Origin: an uncultured virus (IMG/VR IMGVR_UViG_3300003322_000453)
Lineage: Duplodnaviria; Heunggongvirae; Uroviricota; Caudoviricetes
DNA: 64,000 nucleotides
Direction: 5' to 3' (one strand)
Virus record (IMG/VR): IMGVR_UViG_3300003322_000453
Shown in pieces: positions 37,300-46,449 of the stretch. Below the pieces are notes generated by a model. It was not told where the DNA came from. It was given only the letters and a program-made list of their open reading frames with translations, and made no database searches. How positions within the stretch are numbered: the stretch's first letter is position 1; each line of letters begins with the position of its first letter. The position numbers were made by a program, and so were the translations under genes.

Positions 37300-38289
37300 A
37301 TGCCAAGTAAAAAACCTAAACTTACACCCTCTTTAGAAGCATTCTACAACCAACTTCTAGAAGAAGGAAAACTAAGCGAGCAAGAGACTGATTTTATAAA
37401 CAACCTATTAGGTAAAGATGAAGTTCAGTCTGTTTTTAACAAAGGTGTCCACGCAACTAAGATATTAGATGAAGAACGGAATCAGTTAAAAACTAAACAA
37501 GAATCCTTAGAAAAAGACTACACCCGTAAACTCGGTGAGCTTGAATCCCTTCAACGCACCTACGCCTCAACCTCTAGCACTAATACAACCAAACTTGCTG
37601 AACTAGAAAAACAGATGCAGGCAAAACAAGCCGCGTTGGATGATGTTGTAACTCAATTCAAGACTCTTCATAGCGCCTTAGCAACACAATATGAAGGAGG
37701 CGGTAAGGTTTTATCCGATCTTAACCTCTCCAACATAGACTTCTCTAGGTTCACTAATGGTTCTGCTCAATCTTCTAATCCCCAAACTAAGCCATTAGAT
37801 GCCCAACCTTCTTTCACTAAAGATGATCTTCTAAAAGAAGTAACTGGAATGTTCACCGCTAATGCTCAAGTCCTAGCTCGTTTGCCGTTTGATCTTGCAA
37901 AATATCAAGCTGAATATCGCCAACTAACCGGCAAGGAACTTGATCCACAAGAATTTTATTCTAAAGTCCAAGCAGATGGCACAGGGAACTATGAACAAGT
38001 CTATCTCAAGGAATATAACATCCCTGAGCTTAGAGAAACCTACAAGACTAACTTGCTAAGAGCAGAAATAGAAAAAGAATATCAAGATAAATTCGAGCAA
38101 GAACGTTCCAAATTGCTGATCCCTAGCAATTCTACTCAGAACCAAAACAGCGTTGCTATGCAGGCTCTAAGTAGCAACATCCCGGCAGAAGAACGCAACG
38201 CTCCTAGCGGTAATGGTCTAAACGACCGTGTATCATTAATCAGCGAAGCAGTTGCGGATTTTGCAAAGCAACAACAACGTTCAGCTTAA
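37300..38289 (+). CDS. Capsid scaffolding protein
   Basis: Coiled-coil protein immediately upstream of the MCP. Confidence 0.65.
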   Translation: MPSKKPKLTPSLEAFYNQLLEEGKLSEQETDFINNLLGKDEVQSVFNKGVHATKILDEERNQLKTKQESLEKDYTRKLGELESLQRTYASTSSTNTTKLAELEKQMQAKQAALDDVVTQFKTLHSALATQYEGGGKVLSDLNLSNIDFSRFTNGSAQSSNPQTKPLDAQPSFTKDDLLKEVTGMFTANAQVLARLPFDLAKYQAEYRQLTGKELDPQEFYSKVQADGTGNYEQVYLKEYNIPELRETYKTNLLRAEIEKEYQDKFEQERSKLLIPSNSTQNQNSVAMQALSSNIPAEERNAPSGNGLNDRVSLISEAVADFAKQQQRSA

Positions 38290-38366
38290 ATTTATATAGC
38301 ATTGTTGAAAGAAAACCCCTTAGTGGTATTTACTAACCCCTCTTATAACTAACAGGAGATATAATC

Positions 38367-39482
38367 ATGGGACTATTCGATGAACTCAACGCAACCACTC
38401 TGCGGGTTATTCGTCCTAAGATCATCGCGGACTTGGCGTTTATGAAATCCTCGCCTTTTCTCGCTTATTTAAGAGCACAAGCCTTACCACACGATGGAGG
38501 CGCAGGAATTCAAAACACCTTTATCATAGGCAAAACAGTAGGTGGCCCATATGCAAAGGGTGACACCTTTGACACAACCCGCCAACAGTTGCTCGACGCA
38601 AACATGTTCGATGTTCGTTACTACGAACAGAACGACACTCAATACCTAGAAGATATTGATGTAGAGAACAACGGAGCCGCTAAGGTTTTCGACATCGTTA
38701 CAGCGCATCAAGAAATCTTGATGATGACGATGAACGAGAATCTAGCTATTGAGATGTATCGTCATGGTCAAGCCGCAACCTTAGACACCCGCATTACCTC
38801 TGTAAATGGCTTGGCTGAACAGTTGAACGACGGTCTTAACAATAGCTGGGAAGGTAATGTTTTCACTACCTACGGCGGCTATACCCGTTCCACTTCCCTA
38901 GTTGGCCTTAACTCCACTCCATATTTCTTCGGTGACAACGTAACCGGAGCCGCTGGGCCAATCACCTACTCTCAATGCTTAGAACAATTCCTATCCGCCA
39001 AGGGTGGTAATTGGACTCCTACCATTGCTGTAGGTAACAAAGCCGTTTTCGCCTATGTTCTAGAACGTCTGCAACCACAACAGCGTTTCAACGCGGGTGG
39101 TGAGTGGATATGGGGCGGTGATAGTTGGAACCTTATGGGTATGAGGTTCATGGAAGATCAATACTGTCCTAGTGCTAGGTTTGGGGTGAACGACCCTCGC
39201 ACTGGCAACTTCCTAACCTCAACCTTTACTTCTGCCTCTACAGTCACCGCAGCCTCTAATCTCCCAGCATCTACAACCGTAACCGTTGGCGAGACTTTGT
39301 GGTTCTTGAATCCTAAAACCTTCCAGATGCATCTTTCCAATAGTGAAAGGTTCAAGTTTGGTTGGACAGGTTACAAAGAAGTCCAAAACGCAACCGTTGT
39401 AGCTGGGCAACTCTTAGTAGCCTTGAACGTATTAAATCAATTTCCGTGGGCGAATCGCCAGATGTACGGAATTAACAGCTAA
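38367..39482 (+). CDS. Major capsid protein
   Basis: 371 aa; ELNATT..I.D..F..SP.LAYL...GG..I, NGLA..L..G..YGG..R, W.LNP.TF motifs; position. Confidence 0.85.
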   Translation: MGLFDELNATTLRVIRPKIIADLAFMKSSPFLAYLRAQALPHDGGAGIQNTFIIGKTVGGPYAKGDTFDTTRQQLLDANMFDVRYYEQNDTQYLEDIDVENNGAAKVFDIVTAHQEILMMTMNENLAIEMYRHGQAATLDTRITSVNGLAEQLNDGLNNSWEGNVFTTYGGYTRSTSLVGLNSTPYFFGDNVTGAAGPITYSQCLEQFLSAKGGNWTPTIAVGNKAVFAYVLERLQPQQRFNAGGEWIWGGDSWNLMGMRFMEDQYCPSARFGVNDPRTGNFLTSTFTSASTVTAASNLPASTTVTVGETLWFLNPKTFQMHLSNSERFKFGWTGYKEVQNATVVAGQLLVALNVLNQFPWANRQMYGINS

Positions 39483-39545
39483 CCCTAGTGGGGTTTACTA
39501 ACATCTGAAAGGTTTACTAACCTTCTAAAGAATAGGAGATAAGAA

Positions 39546-40175
39546 ATGGGAAATCCTTATATCAACACCCCACAACTTGCATCGGGTTATCTGAACAATG
39601 AAAACAACGCGGTTGTAGGCAAACAACAAACCGGCTCGCCTGTCAATCTCCCTGCACAAGCCTATGGTGGAATGTTAGGGAAGCTTTTTGTTTGTGACGA
39701 TGCAGAAGCAGCCCGCCTTAGTTTAACCTCAGTTGGCACCTTACGCGCTGGCATCTATATGTGCGTTAAGGTTAAGGCCGGTGCTACTCCTGTTCGTGGC
39801 GCACCATGCGCGTGGGATACCTCCGCTAACTCTGGTCTAACCAACTACACCGTTGTAGACTACAACGCCGCAACTCAATCTATCGCTGGTATCTATCTCA
39901 ACGTCCCAACCGCAGGGAACCAGACATGGATTCAAGTTGCAGGTTTGGCAACTCTCTTGTGCCGTGCTGCTGTCACCACCACAACCATTGGCACCTTAGC
40001 AGTCCTTACTGCCCTTGGAACCGCAACCTTCGACTCTATTGCCGACGCAACTGATTACTTCACCACCGCTGGCGCTCTTAAAACTGTCGTAGGCCAGTGG
40101 TATGAAGCCCCAGCTAATAGCGGTCTAAAACTGGCTTGGATCAACGGCTTTGGTGTTCGCAGGTTTGTAAGCTAA
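39546..40175 (+). CDS. Capsid decoration/cement protein
   Basis: Follows MCP; G.Y.CVK...GI.L..PTAGNQTWIQVAG. Confidence 0.6.
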   Translation: MGNPYINTPQLASGYLNNENNAVVGKQQTGSPVNLPAQAYGGMLGKLFVCDDAEAARLSLTSVGTLRAGIYMCVKVKAGATPVRGAPCAWDTSANSGLTNYTVVDYNAATQSIAGIYLNVPTAGNQTWIQVAGLATLLCRAAVTTTTIGTLAVLTALGTATFDSIADATDYFTTAGALKTVVGQWYEAPANSGLKLAWINGFGVRRFVS

Positions 40176-40196
40176 GAGAAAGGAGTTTAACTAAAA

Positions 40197-40529
40197 ATGG
40201 CTAACAACGACGCAATCAATGGCCTTAAAATCTTTCCCTTAGCGGATGGCTTAACCTCCCGTCTTATAGACCACGATGGGCCTTCTAGCTATACAACCGG
40301 GGGTGAAACCATCAACGCTTCTGCACTAGGGTTTAAGAACGTAGTAGCTGTCTTTAGTATGGCTTCCAAGGCTGGCTCGCGTACAACTCAAGCCTATATC
40401 GGTTCTAAAGGCATAGCAACCTCTTTCAAGTTAGTATGGATCACCCGTACTAATGGGGCTGAAATTGGCAATGGAACCGATCTTAGCGCGGATAGTTGTA
40501 AGCTCCTAGTGATTGGAATGGGCAGTTAA
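40197..40529 (+). CDS. Minor head/decoration protein
   Basis: GPSSYTTGGE...GAEI..GTDLS motif. Confidence 0.55.
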   Translation: MANNDAINGLKIFPLADGLTSRLIDHDGPSSYTTGGETINASALGFKNVVAVFSMASKAGSRTTQAYIGSKGIATSFKLVWITRTNGAEIGNGTDLSADSCKLLVIGMGS

Positions 40530-40570
40530 ACATCAACAACTAGCGGGTCGGCAAAAGGGAGATAGGAAGA

Positions 40571-41617
40571 ATGGGACAAACATACAAGCAATTCTGGACA
40601 GAGCTTGCTAATGCAATTCCTAAGCTTCCTATCCCCTTAGCTCAACGCTTTGTCAACCGCGCTTGGCATGACATCCAAGACTCTAGACAGTGGAGCTTTC
40701 TAAAATCCAATGGAACCTTATACTGTCCACCTGTTATAACAACCGGGACATTTTCTGTCTCCCTAGGCAACCCTATAGTTGTCGCAAACACAGCCGCTAG
40801 AACCGCCCTGACCTCTTTAGGAACTGGCCCGGAACTCTCTAAGCGTCAACTCCGTTTCGGCTCTGGTGCTACCCCTGTTTATTCCATCTCCTACATAGAT
40901 ACCGACTTCACAAACAATGGCATTCTCTATTTAGATATGCCCTATCAATCCCAAACCACCTCTGCTATAACCTATCGTTGTTATCGTTGCTACTATGGCC
41001 CACCTTTAGTTGAAATCCTAGACTCTAACGGAATCCCTACAGGGGAGTTTCTAGAAACATCAGATTTTCTACGCTATGATGACATCTATAACCCCCTAAC
41101 TCGGCGTAGATTTATTCTCCCCGTTCAACCTAGAGAACTCTTAAACATCCGTGACCCACAACGTTCTATCACGAACAATTTCCCCTCTTTTATGTTTGCC
41201 TATAAATCCATAAATAATATCCCTTATTTTGAACTTTGGCCGCATCCAACTACAGAACTAACATATATCTGTTCATTTCAACGTAAAGGCTTAGATTTCC
41301 AATCTGACTCAGAAACTCTACCTATCATAATTCCTGATGAACTTCTAAGCGAGAGAATGTTGTTTTATGGTTGTGAATGGGCTTCTAAGAATGTTTCTAG
41401 ATATACTGAATTAAAAGGTGTAAACTGGCGGTTAGAAATGCAGGAACATAAGAAAACATATTCTAACATTGATTCCAAAAATCCCGGCCTACTTGAAATC
41501 GCACAACGTAATGATGAGGAGAACTATCCTCAGAACACCATTGTTAATGCTCTTAACTATGCTACGTACCCATTAGGATATGACGATTTGTTTGTCTATC
41601 CTAACTTAGTAATCTAA
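40571..41617 (+). CDS. Head-tail adaptor protein
   Basis: FVNRAW..I...RQWSFL; ELWPHP. Confidence 0.65.
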   Translation: MGQTYKQFWTELANAIPKLPIPLAQRFVNRAWHDIQDSRQWSFLKSNGTLYCPPVITTGTFSVSLGNPIVVANTAARTALTSLGTGPELSKRQLRFGSGATPVYSISYIDTDFTNNGILYLDMPYQSQTTSAITYRCYRCYYGPPLVEILDSNGIPTGEFLETSDFLRYDDIYNPLTRRRFILPVQPRELLNIRDPQRSITNNFPSFMFAYKSINNIPYFELWPHPTTELTYICSFQRKGLDFQSDSETLPIIIPDELLSERMLFYGCEWASKNVSRYTELKGVNWRLEMQEHKKTYSNIDSKNPGLLEIAQRNDEENYPQNTIVNALNYATYPLGYDDLFVYPNLVI

Positions 41618-41632
41618 CAAACAGGAGAACAT

Positions 41633-41860
41633 ATGGAAGATATTCTAATCAATCTTGGAGTCTCGGCACTCCTAACTGCTATTAAGAACCCAAACAAAAA
41701 AGCAACCATGAAAAGAATCTTTCTAAAAGTATTCTCTTCAATCTGGTTGCAATTTTCTAACGATCCTGAGTTTCAATCAGTTGTGGGTTTAGTTGAACAA
41801 CAACCTGATGAACTTAAACAGGTTATGAATAAAATTGAAAAAGAAAAGGAGAACTCCTAA
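41633..41860 (+). CDS. Hypothetical protein
   Basis: AGGAG RBS. Confidence 0.6.
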   Translation: MEDILINLGVSALLTAIKNPNKKATMKRIFLKVFSSIWLQFSNDPEFQSVVGLVEQQPDELKQVMNKIEKEKENS

Positions 41861-41861
41861 A

Positions 41862-42089
41862 ATGGCACAAAGTTATGGCAAAACCAATGGTGACATCTCA
41901 TCCCCTGTTGGTTCTCTAGTAGTAGATTCTCTTAAACGCTCAACAGGCAACAGCTTGCCTGTACGTCACAATGAACATCCCGGCTTAGGTAGTGGTTCTG
42001 CACCTATTAAATCTCCTCTTACTGATACTATTGTTCCAAGCGGTAGTGTTGGTAAGGGTGGATTCAACGTAGACAACTTGAAGAAATAG
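41862..42089 (+). CDS. Hypothetical protein
   Basis: Start ATG 41862 after AGGAG. Confidence 0.55.
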   Translation: MAQSYGKTNGDISSPVGSLVVDSLKRSTGNSLPVRHNEHPGLGSGSAPIKSPLTDTIVPSGSVGKGGFNVDNLKK

Positions 42090-42091
42090 CT

Positions 42092-44227
42092 ATGACAAAG
42101 TTTACGCCTGAAAAACTAGGGATGTTTCTCTTAGCATCCCTAGTTTCCCTATTAATTCCTACCTCTACAGCCGGGCAATCCTATTCTAAAATCCAAGGAT
42201 GGGCCGAACAAGGGGGCTTGCCTGTCACCGTGCTAGGCTCTACATCTACTACGAAATGGCAACAGTCCTATCCATCTTGTACTATATCTGTATTTAACTC
42301 AGGTACAGTTGTCCTAGCCTCTATATTTTCTGATAATAGTGGAACTCCAAAGGCCAACCCATTCACCGCAGATTCCAACTCCTACTGGTACTTCTACGGC
42401 ATTGTCGGCACTACCTACGACGTTCGTTTTAGTGGAACAGGTATTACTACTCCATTCACTCTAGGCGGCTTCACCGCTGGTGGCGGTGGTGGAAGTTCTA
42501 TATCCATAGGCACTATCAACTCTCAAGTCAAATCTTCTAACGGCTTAGTAATAACTGGCGGCTCTCTAGTCGCCCAAACCGCCGATGCATCCTTTCCCGG
42601 TCTAGTATCAACCACAACCCAAACCATAGCGGGTGTTAAAACCTTAACCAATCCACCAACCCTAATATCAACTCCTGTAGGTGATCCCGGCCAAGGTAAT
42701 ACTAATACCGCTCTTACTTTCCGTGGTGCTGATTCATCTAGTGGTTCTCCTTCTAGCAGCGTCAACCCATCAACCTATTTACAAACCTTGCGAACCGGCC
42801 AGTCTAACGGAACTCCTATATTTGGTTTCCTAACTAACTTTCAGTTGTTGGGAAGCGCAGGCGGTGACACCTACGCAAACTACTACATAAGCCGTATATC
42901 CCCAGATATGACCGGCCTACCTGTAGCAGCTTATTATCACGATGCCCTTAGAAGTTATATCCTCTTAAACCCAACAAACATAGTCCCCGGCCAAGCCATC
43001 GCAGGTTACGCAGCACATATCCAAGCAGAACGCAACACTAGCGGCTTTCGTATAATGCCAGCTTTGTTTGAACTCCGTAATGCTTCTGGTAGTGATGCTA
43101 ATGTTTCCACTGGTAGTGCTGATAGCACCTTTGCCTATGCAACTTCCTATGGTGGAGATTCCCACAACACTGGTTTATGGTTTATAGAAGGACAGGGTAA
43201 CTCCACAGCGGCTTATTTCGGTATCTATGCAGAACCTAACAGCCTAGCCCAGCGTGTTCTAGACTTCTCTCAACTCTCTTTCACCCTACAAGGTACATGG
43301 GCTGCTACAAATGGTAGTGCAACTGTTACAGGAACCAACGGCCATGCTGGGGTTGAAGTTGTAGCAGGGGATTATCTTACAATAAATGGAACCGTTGCTA
43401 GAGCGGCTTCTGCAACCGCTAACTCTATAACCCTTACTTCTACCTTCTCTGGTTCAACCGGCTCGTCTCTAACCATAACCAAGCCCGTTCAATTCGCTTG
43501 GCTTCGTAACAACCAGACTATCTCATCCTACAACGCCGCAGGTTCTAGTCGTTATGAACTCGCCCGCCTAAACCCTTCTGACATCTGGACTCTAGATGCT
43601 GACTCTAGAGGTATAACATTTGGCTCCTATGCAACTCTTAACACCACAGCCCTTACTCTATTACAATCAACCCCTCTAATAACTGGCGCTTTCGGCGGTG
43701 TACAAGGCATGACCTTCCAAAGCTCTACCCTCAACTCTAGTACTAGAGTTTCCTTCATCCCCAATGGCGCTAGTGGGTCATCTGATTTTATCGTCTGGGC
43801 AGGTTCTAATACCGCTTCTGCTGCTTATTTTCAATTCCAAGCTACAGCAGCGGGACATGTTATGAATTCCGGCTTCACTGCTGGTGGTGTTCAGCCTCTC
43901 TCTATCCAGATGCAGGGAGTAACCATTGCCAACTTCACCACATCTGGCATCTTTAGTAGCTTTAAAGGGGCTGATGTTGCTTCTGCTGCTACTATAACCC
44001 CTACAGGAAATCTTTTCCACGTAACAGGCGTTACAACTATAACTAGCGTTAGCGGAACAGGCATAACCGCAGGCACCACCATCACCTTGATATTCGATTC
44101 AACTGCACAGGTAACGGATGGCTCGAACTTAAAACTAGCCGGAAACTTCACAGGTGGTGCGGATAGAACCCTAACCCTCAAATACGACGGGTCTAACTGG
44201 TTTGAGATAGCTAGATCAACCAACTAA
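42092..44227 (+). CDS. Tailspike/fibre-like protein with N-terminal signal peptide
   Basis: Signal peptide MTKFTPEKLGMFLLASLVSLLIPTSTAG/Q; head-binding-like ISVF..GT...IFSD..TP.ANPFTAD..YFY; G/S/T-rich beta body. Confidence 0.65.
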   Translation: MTKFTPEKLGMFLLASLVSLLIPTSTAGQSYSKIQGWAEQGGLPVTVLGSTSTTKWQQSYPSCTISVFNSGTVVLASIFSDNSGTPKANPFTADSNSYWYFYGIVGTTYDVRFSGTGITTPFTLGGFTAGGGGGSSISIGTINSQVKSSNGLVITGGSLVAQTADASFPGLVSTTTQTIAGVKTLTNPPTLISTPVGDPGQGNTNTALTFRGADSSSGSPSSSVNPSTYLQTLRTGQSNGTPIFGFLTNFQLLGSAGGDTYANYYISRISPDMTGLPVAAYYHDALRSYILLNPTNIVPGQAIAGYAAHIQAERNTSGFRIMPALFELRNASGSDANVSTGSADSTFAYATSYGGDSHNTGLWFIEGQGNSTAAYFGIYAEPNSLAQRVLDFSQLSFTLQGTWAATNGSATVTGTNGHAGVEVVAGDYLTINGTVARAASATANSITLTSTFSGSTGSSLTITKPVQFAWLRNNQTISSYNAAGSSRYELARLNPSDIWTLDADSRGITFGSYATLNTTALTLLQSTPLITGAFGGVQGMTFQSSTLNSSTRVSFIPNGASGSSDFIVWAGSNTASAAYFQFQATAAGHVMNSGFTAGGVQPLSIQMQGVTIANFTTSGIFSSFKGADVASAATITPTGNLFHVTGVTTITSVSGTGITAGTTITLIFDSTAQVTDGSNLKLAGNFTGGADRTLTLKYDGSNWFEIARSTN

Positions 44228-44242
44228 CAAAGGATAAACTTT

Positions 44243-44524
44243 ATGAGAAAACCAATCCTAGTAACAATCTTCTTCCTTTCCTTCGTAATCATAGCAGAAC
44301 AATCCTCTGTCCAAAACAAAGACGATGCTAAAACCGAACCAAAACCGATTCAAATAACCGATCAAGCAACACAAGCAGAAATGCAAACTGCTTACAACGC
44401 TATAGTAATGGCTAACAAGGACTTTCAAATAGCTATTCTAAAGGCTAAGGTTAAATATAAAGTCCCTGAAGATTGGGAGTTTGATGCCTCCTCTCTAAGC
44501 TTTAAACCACCTAGGAAACCATAA
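44243..44524 (+). CDS. Signal-peptide/anchor-bearing small protein (chaperone- or spanin-like)
   Basis: MRKPILVTIFFLSFVIIA then a helical segment. Confidence 0.55.
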   Translation: MRKPILVTIFFLSFVIIAEQSSVQNKDDAKTEPKPIQITDQATQAEMQTAYNAIVMANKDFQIAILKAKVKYKVPEDWEFDASSLSFKPPRKP

Positions 44525-44532
44525 ATTAAGTT

Positions 44533-44688
44533 ATGAATAAGCTAACGCTCTATATAGGCTCACTACTCATGCTGCTAATTGCTGGTCTATGTACTTATAA
44601 AGGTCTTATAGAACTCGGCAATCCTATGTACTCTGGTGGTGTAGTATTATTCTTTATAGCTATATCTCAACGTAAGTCTAGTAGATAA
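44533..44688 (+). CDS. Small two-TM membrane protein (51 aa)
   Basis: Manual: MNKLTLYIGSLLMLLIAGLCTYKGLIELGNPMYSGGVVLFFIAISQRKSSR. Confidence 0.55.
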   Translation: MNKLTLYIGSLLMLLIAGLCTYKGLIELGNPMYSGGVVLFFIAISQRKSSR

Positions 44689-44691
44689 GTT

Positions 44692-46059
44692 ATGTCCTAT
44701 AGTTGGAAAACATTTGGCTCTAGTAAAACCGACCTCTTAGGCCGATTAGGAGACTCTACATTCTGGACATCCACCGAGGTTGGTTTCTACCTAATAGAAT
44801 CCCTACGCACCTACAACCTAGTAGCCCAGTTCTACCATGATCGTTTTTTCTTTAACACTCAAGCAGGCTTTTGCTATTATGACCTAACCCAAAACACCAA
44901 TCCCTCTTCCCTAGTCGCCGGTATAGGTGCTAACTCTTCCTATTTAGGCTACACCATCACCGACCGGAATATGGTAAACCAAATCCAGTATCATCTAATG
45001 GAACCTCAAACCTCCATCTGGCCTACTTGGAATGGTTCTGAACAGTTCACTATGGATGATGTTGTAAGAGCTATAGAACGGCGTAGGAACCAGTATCTCT
45101 CCCTAGTTTCTTCCCACGTTACTCGTTCTCAATATCCTTATGGCCCACCACCCGGCACAGGTCGCATTACCATAGACGATTCCGTTATAGACATTCACCG
45201 TGGTGCTTGGCTTGATCTAGACCTTCAATATACCCCTTTATATAAAGAAGACGAATACAACGCCTCTACTCTCCTAGCAGGTTGGGAAACCACCCCATCA
45301 ACCCCAACCATGTTCAGCACTATCTTATCTCCCCCTAAAGGTCTACAACTTATCCCTTTGTCTAAAGACCTCGGAACCGTTGACATCTTAACCATTAACA
45401 ATCCCTCTAATCTCGACGTATCAACCGGAGTTCTCCTAAACATCCCAGACGATCATAGCTGGATTATTAAATGGGGAGCATTAGCGGATTTGCTAGGCCG
45501 AGATTCACAAGCCTACGACCCTGTACGTTCTAAATATTGCGAACAACGTTTTGAGCATGGTATTCAACTTGCCATCGCAGACAGTTGTATCTACCAAGCC
45601 TTAATAAACAACTCTATAATCCAAGCACAATCCTTAAACGATTTTGATTCCTATAACTATAACTGGCAAAATGAAACTGGCATCCCTACTGAGCTTGCCA
45701 TCATCAGCAGAAACCTCATCGCCCTAACCCCCACTCCACAAGATTCAGGAACTTCTATAGCTCTAAACGTTCTCCGTAATGTCCCTATCCCCTCAAGTGA
45801 TGGAGATTTCCTACAAATCAGCCGGGAAGCCTATGATCTACTTCTAGACTACGCCTATCACCTAGCAATGTTCAAATGTCAAGGAACTGAATTCCAAGGT
45901 TCATTCCCAATGCTTGATCGTTTCATGCAATCTGGTTTACTCAACAACTCTAAACTTAGCGAGAGCGCTAATAGTTATTCTATAATGAAAGAACTATCCT
46001 CTAAAGAATTAATGGAGGATAGGAGAATTACGAGTAGGGAGGATTCTAACGATGGCTAG
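44692..46059 (+). CDS. Second adaptor/tail tubular A-like protein
   Basis: LGD..FWT..E...YL.E N-terminus, repeated W..E.G.P / L.P.P units, LLDYA.HLA.FK. Confidence 0.55.
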   Translation: MSYSWKTFGSSKTDLLGRLGDSTFWTSTEVGFYLIESLRTYNLVAQFYHDRFFFNTQAGFCYYDLTQNTNPSSLVAGIGANSSYLGYTITDRNMVNQIQYHLMEPQTSIWPTWNGSEQFTMDDVVRAIERRRNQYLSLVSSHVTRSQYPYGPPPGTGRITIDDSVIDIHRGAWLDLDLQYTPLYKEDEYNASTLLAGWETTPSTPTMFSTILSPPKGLQLIPLSKDLGTVDILTINNPSNLDVSTGVLLNIPDDHSWIIKWGALADLLGRDSQAYDPVRSKYCEQRFEHGIQLAIADSCIYQALINNSIIQAQSLNDFDSYNYNWQNETGIPTELAIISRNLIALTPTPQDSGTSIALNVLRNVPIPSSDGDFLQISREAYDLLLDYAYHLAMFKCQGTEFQGSFPMLDRFMQSGLLNNSKLSESANSYSIMKELSSKELMEDRRITSREDSNDG

Positions 46060-46303
46060 ATATAAAGTTACATACTGCGTTTTCTCATCCGATTCAGACA
46101 ACACCGCCGAGAGTTCTTTTGCTTATGAATTTGAAACCGATACCAACAATTATAGAGATATTCATGAAATCATAGATGAACAAATACAAAGAGATGATAG
46201 CTACAGGGGATATAAAATAGTTAGCCTAACTGCTGTAGAAGAGGAGGAATCTGAAAATGCCAGCCAAGAGCCAGAATCAAGCAATAGTAGCAGCGATAGC
46301 TGA
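46052..46303 (+). CDS. Acidic hypothetical protein
   Basis: GGAGG RBS, overlap with the upstream gene. Confidence 0.55.
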   Translation: MARYKVTYCVFSSDSDNTAESSFAYEFETDTNNYRDIHEIIDEQIQRDDSYRGYKIVSLTAVEEEESENASQEPESSNSSSDS

Positions 46304-46430
46304 ACATCACCCTGAGAAACTTTATAAACGTAACAAGTCTATGGCTAATATATCCAAACAGGAACTACATAAATATGCTTCTACTAACCGTAAAAACCTA
46401 CCTAAGAAGTCTTCTATGTCTAAGCGTTAG
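46257..46430 (+). CDS. DUF3008-like small basic protein (57 aa)
   Basis: Manual: MPAKSQNQAIVAAIA...ELHKYASTNRKNLP; GAGGAGG RBS. Confidence 0.65.
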   Translation: MPAKSQNQAIVAAIAEHHPEKLYKRNKSMANISKQELHKYASTNRKNLPKKSSMSKR

Positions 46431-46449
46431 TATTTTTATAGGATTAGAG

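Noticed and set aside
46375..46449. Apparent hydrophobic signal peptide on the nozzle protein
   Set aside because: This stretch overlaps the DUF3008-like gene 46257..46430; the real start is probably 46450, so it was not counted among the exported proteins
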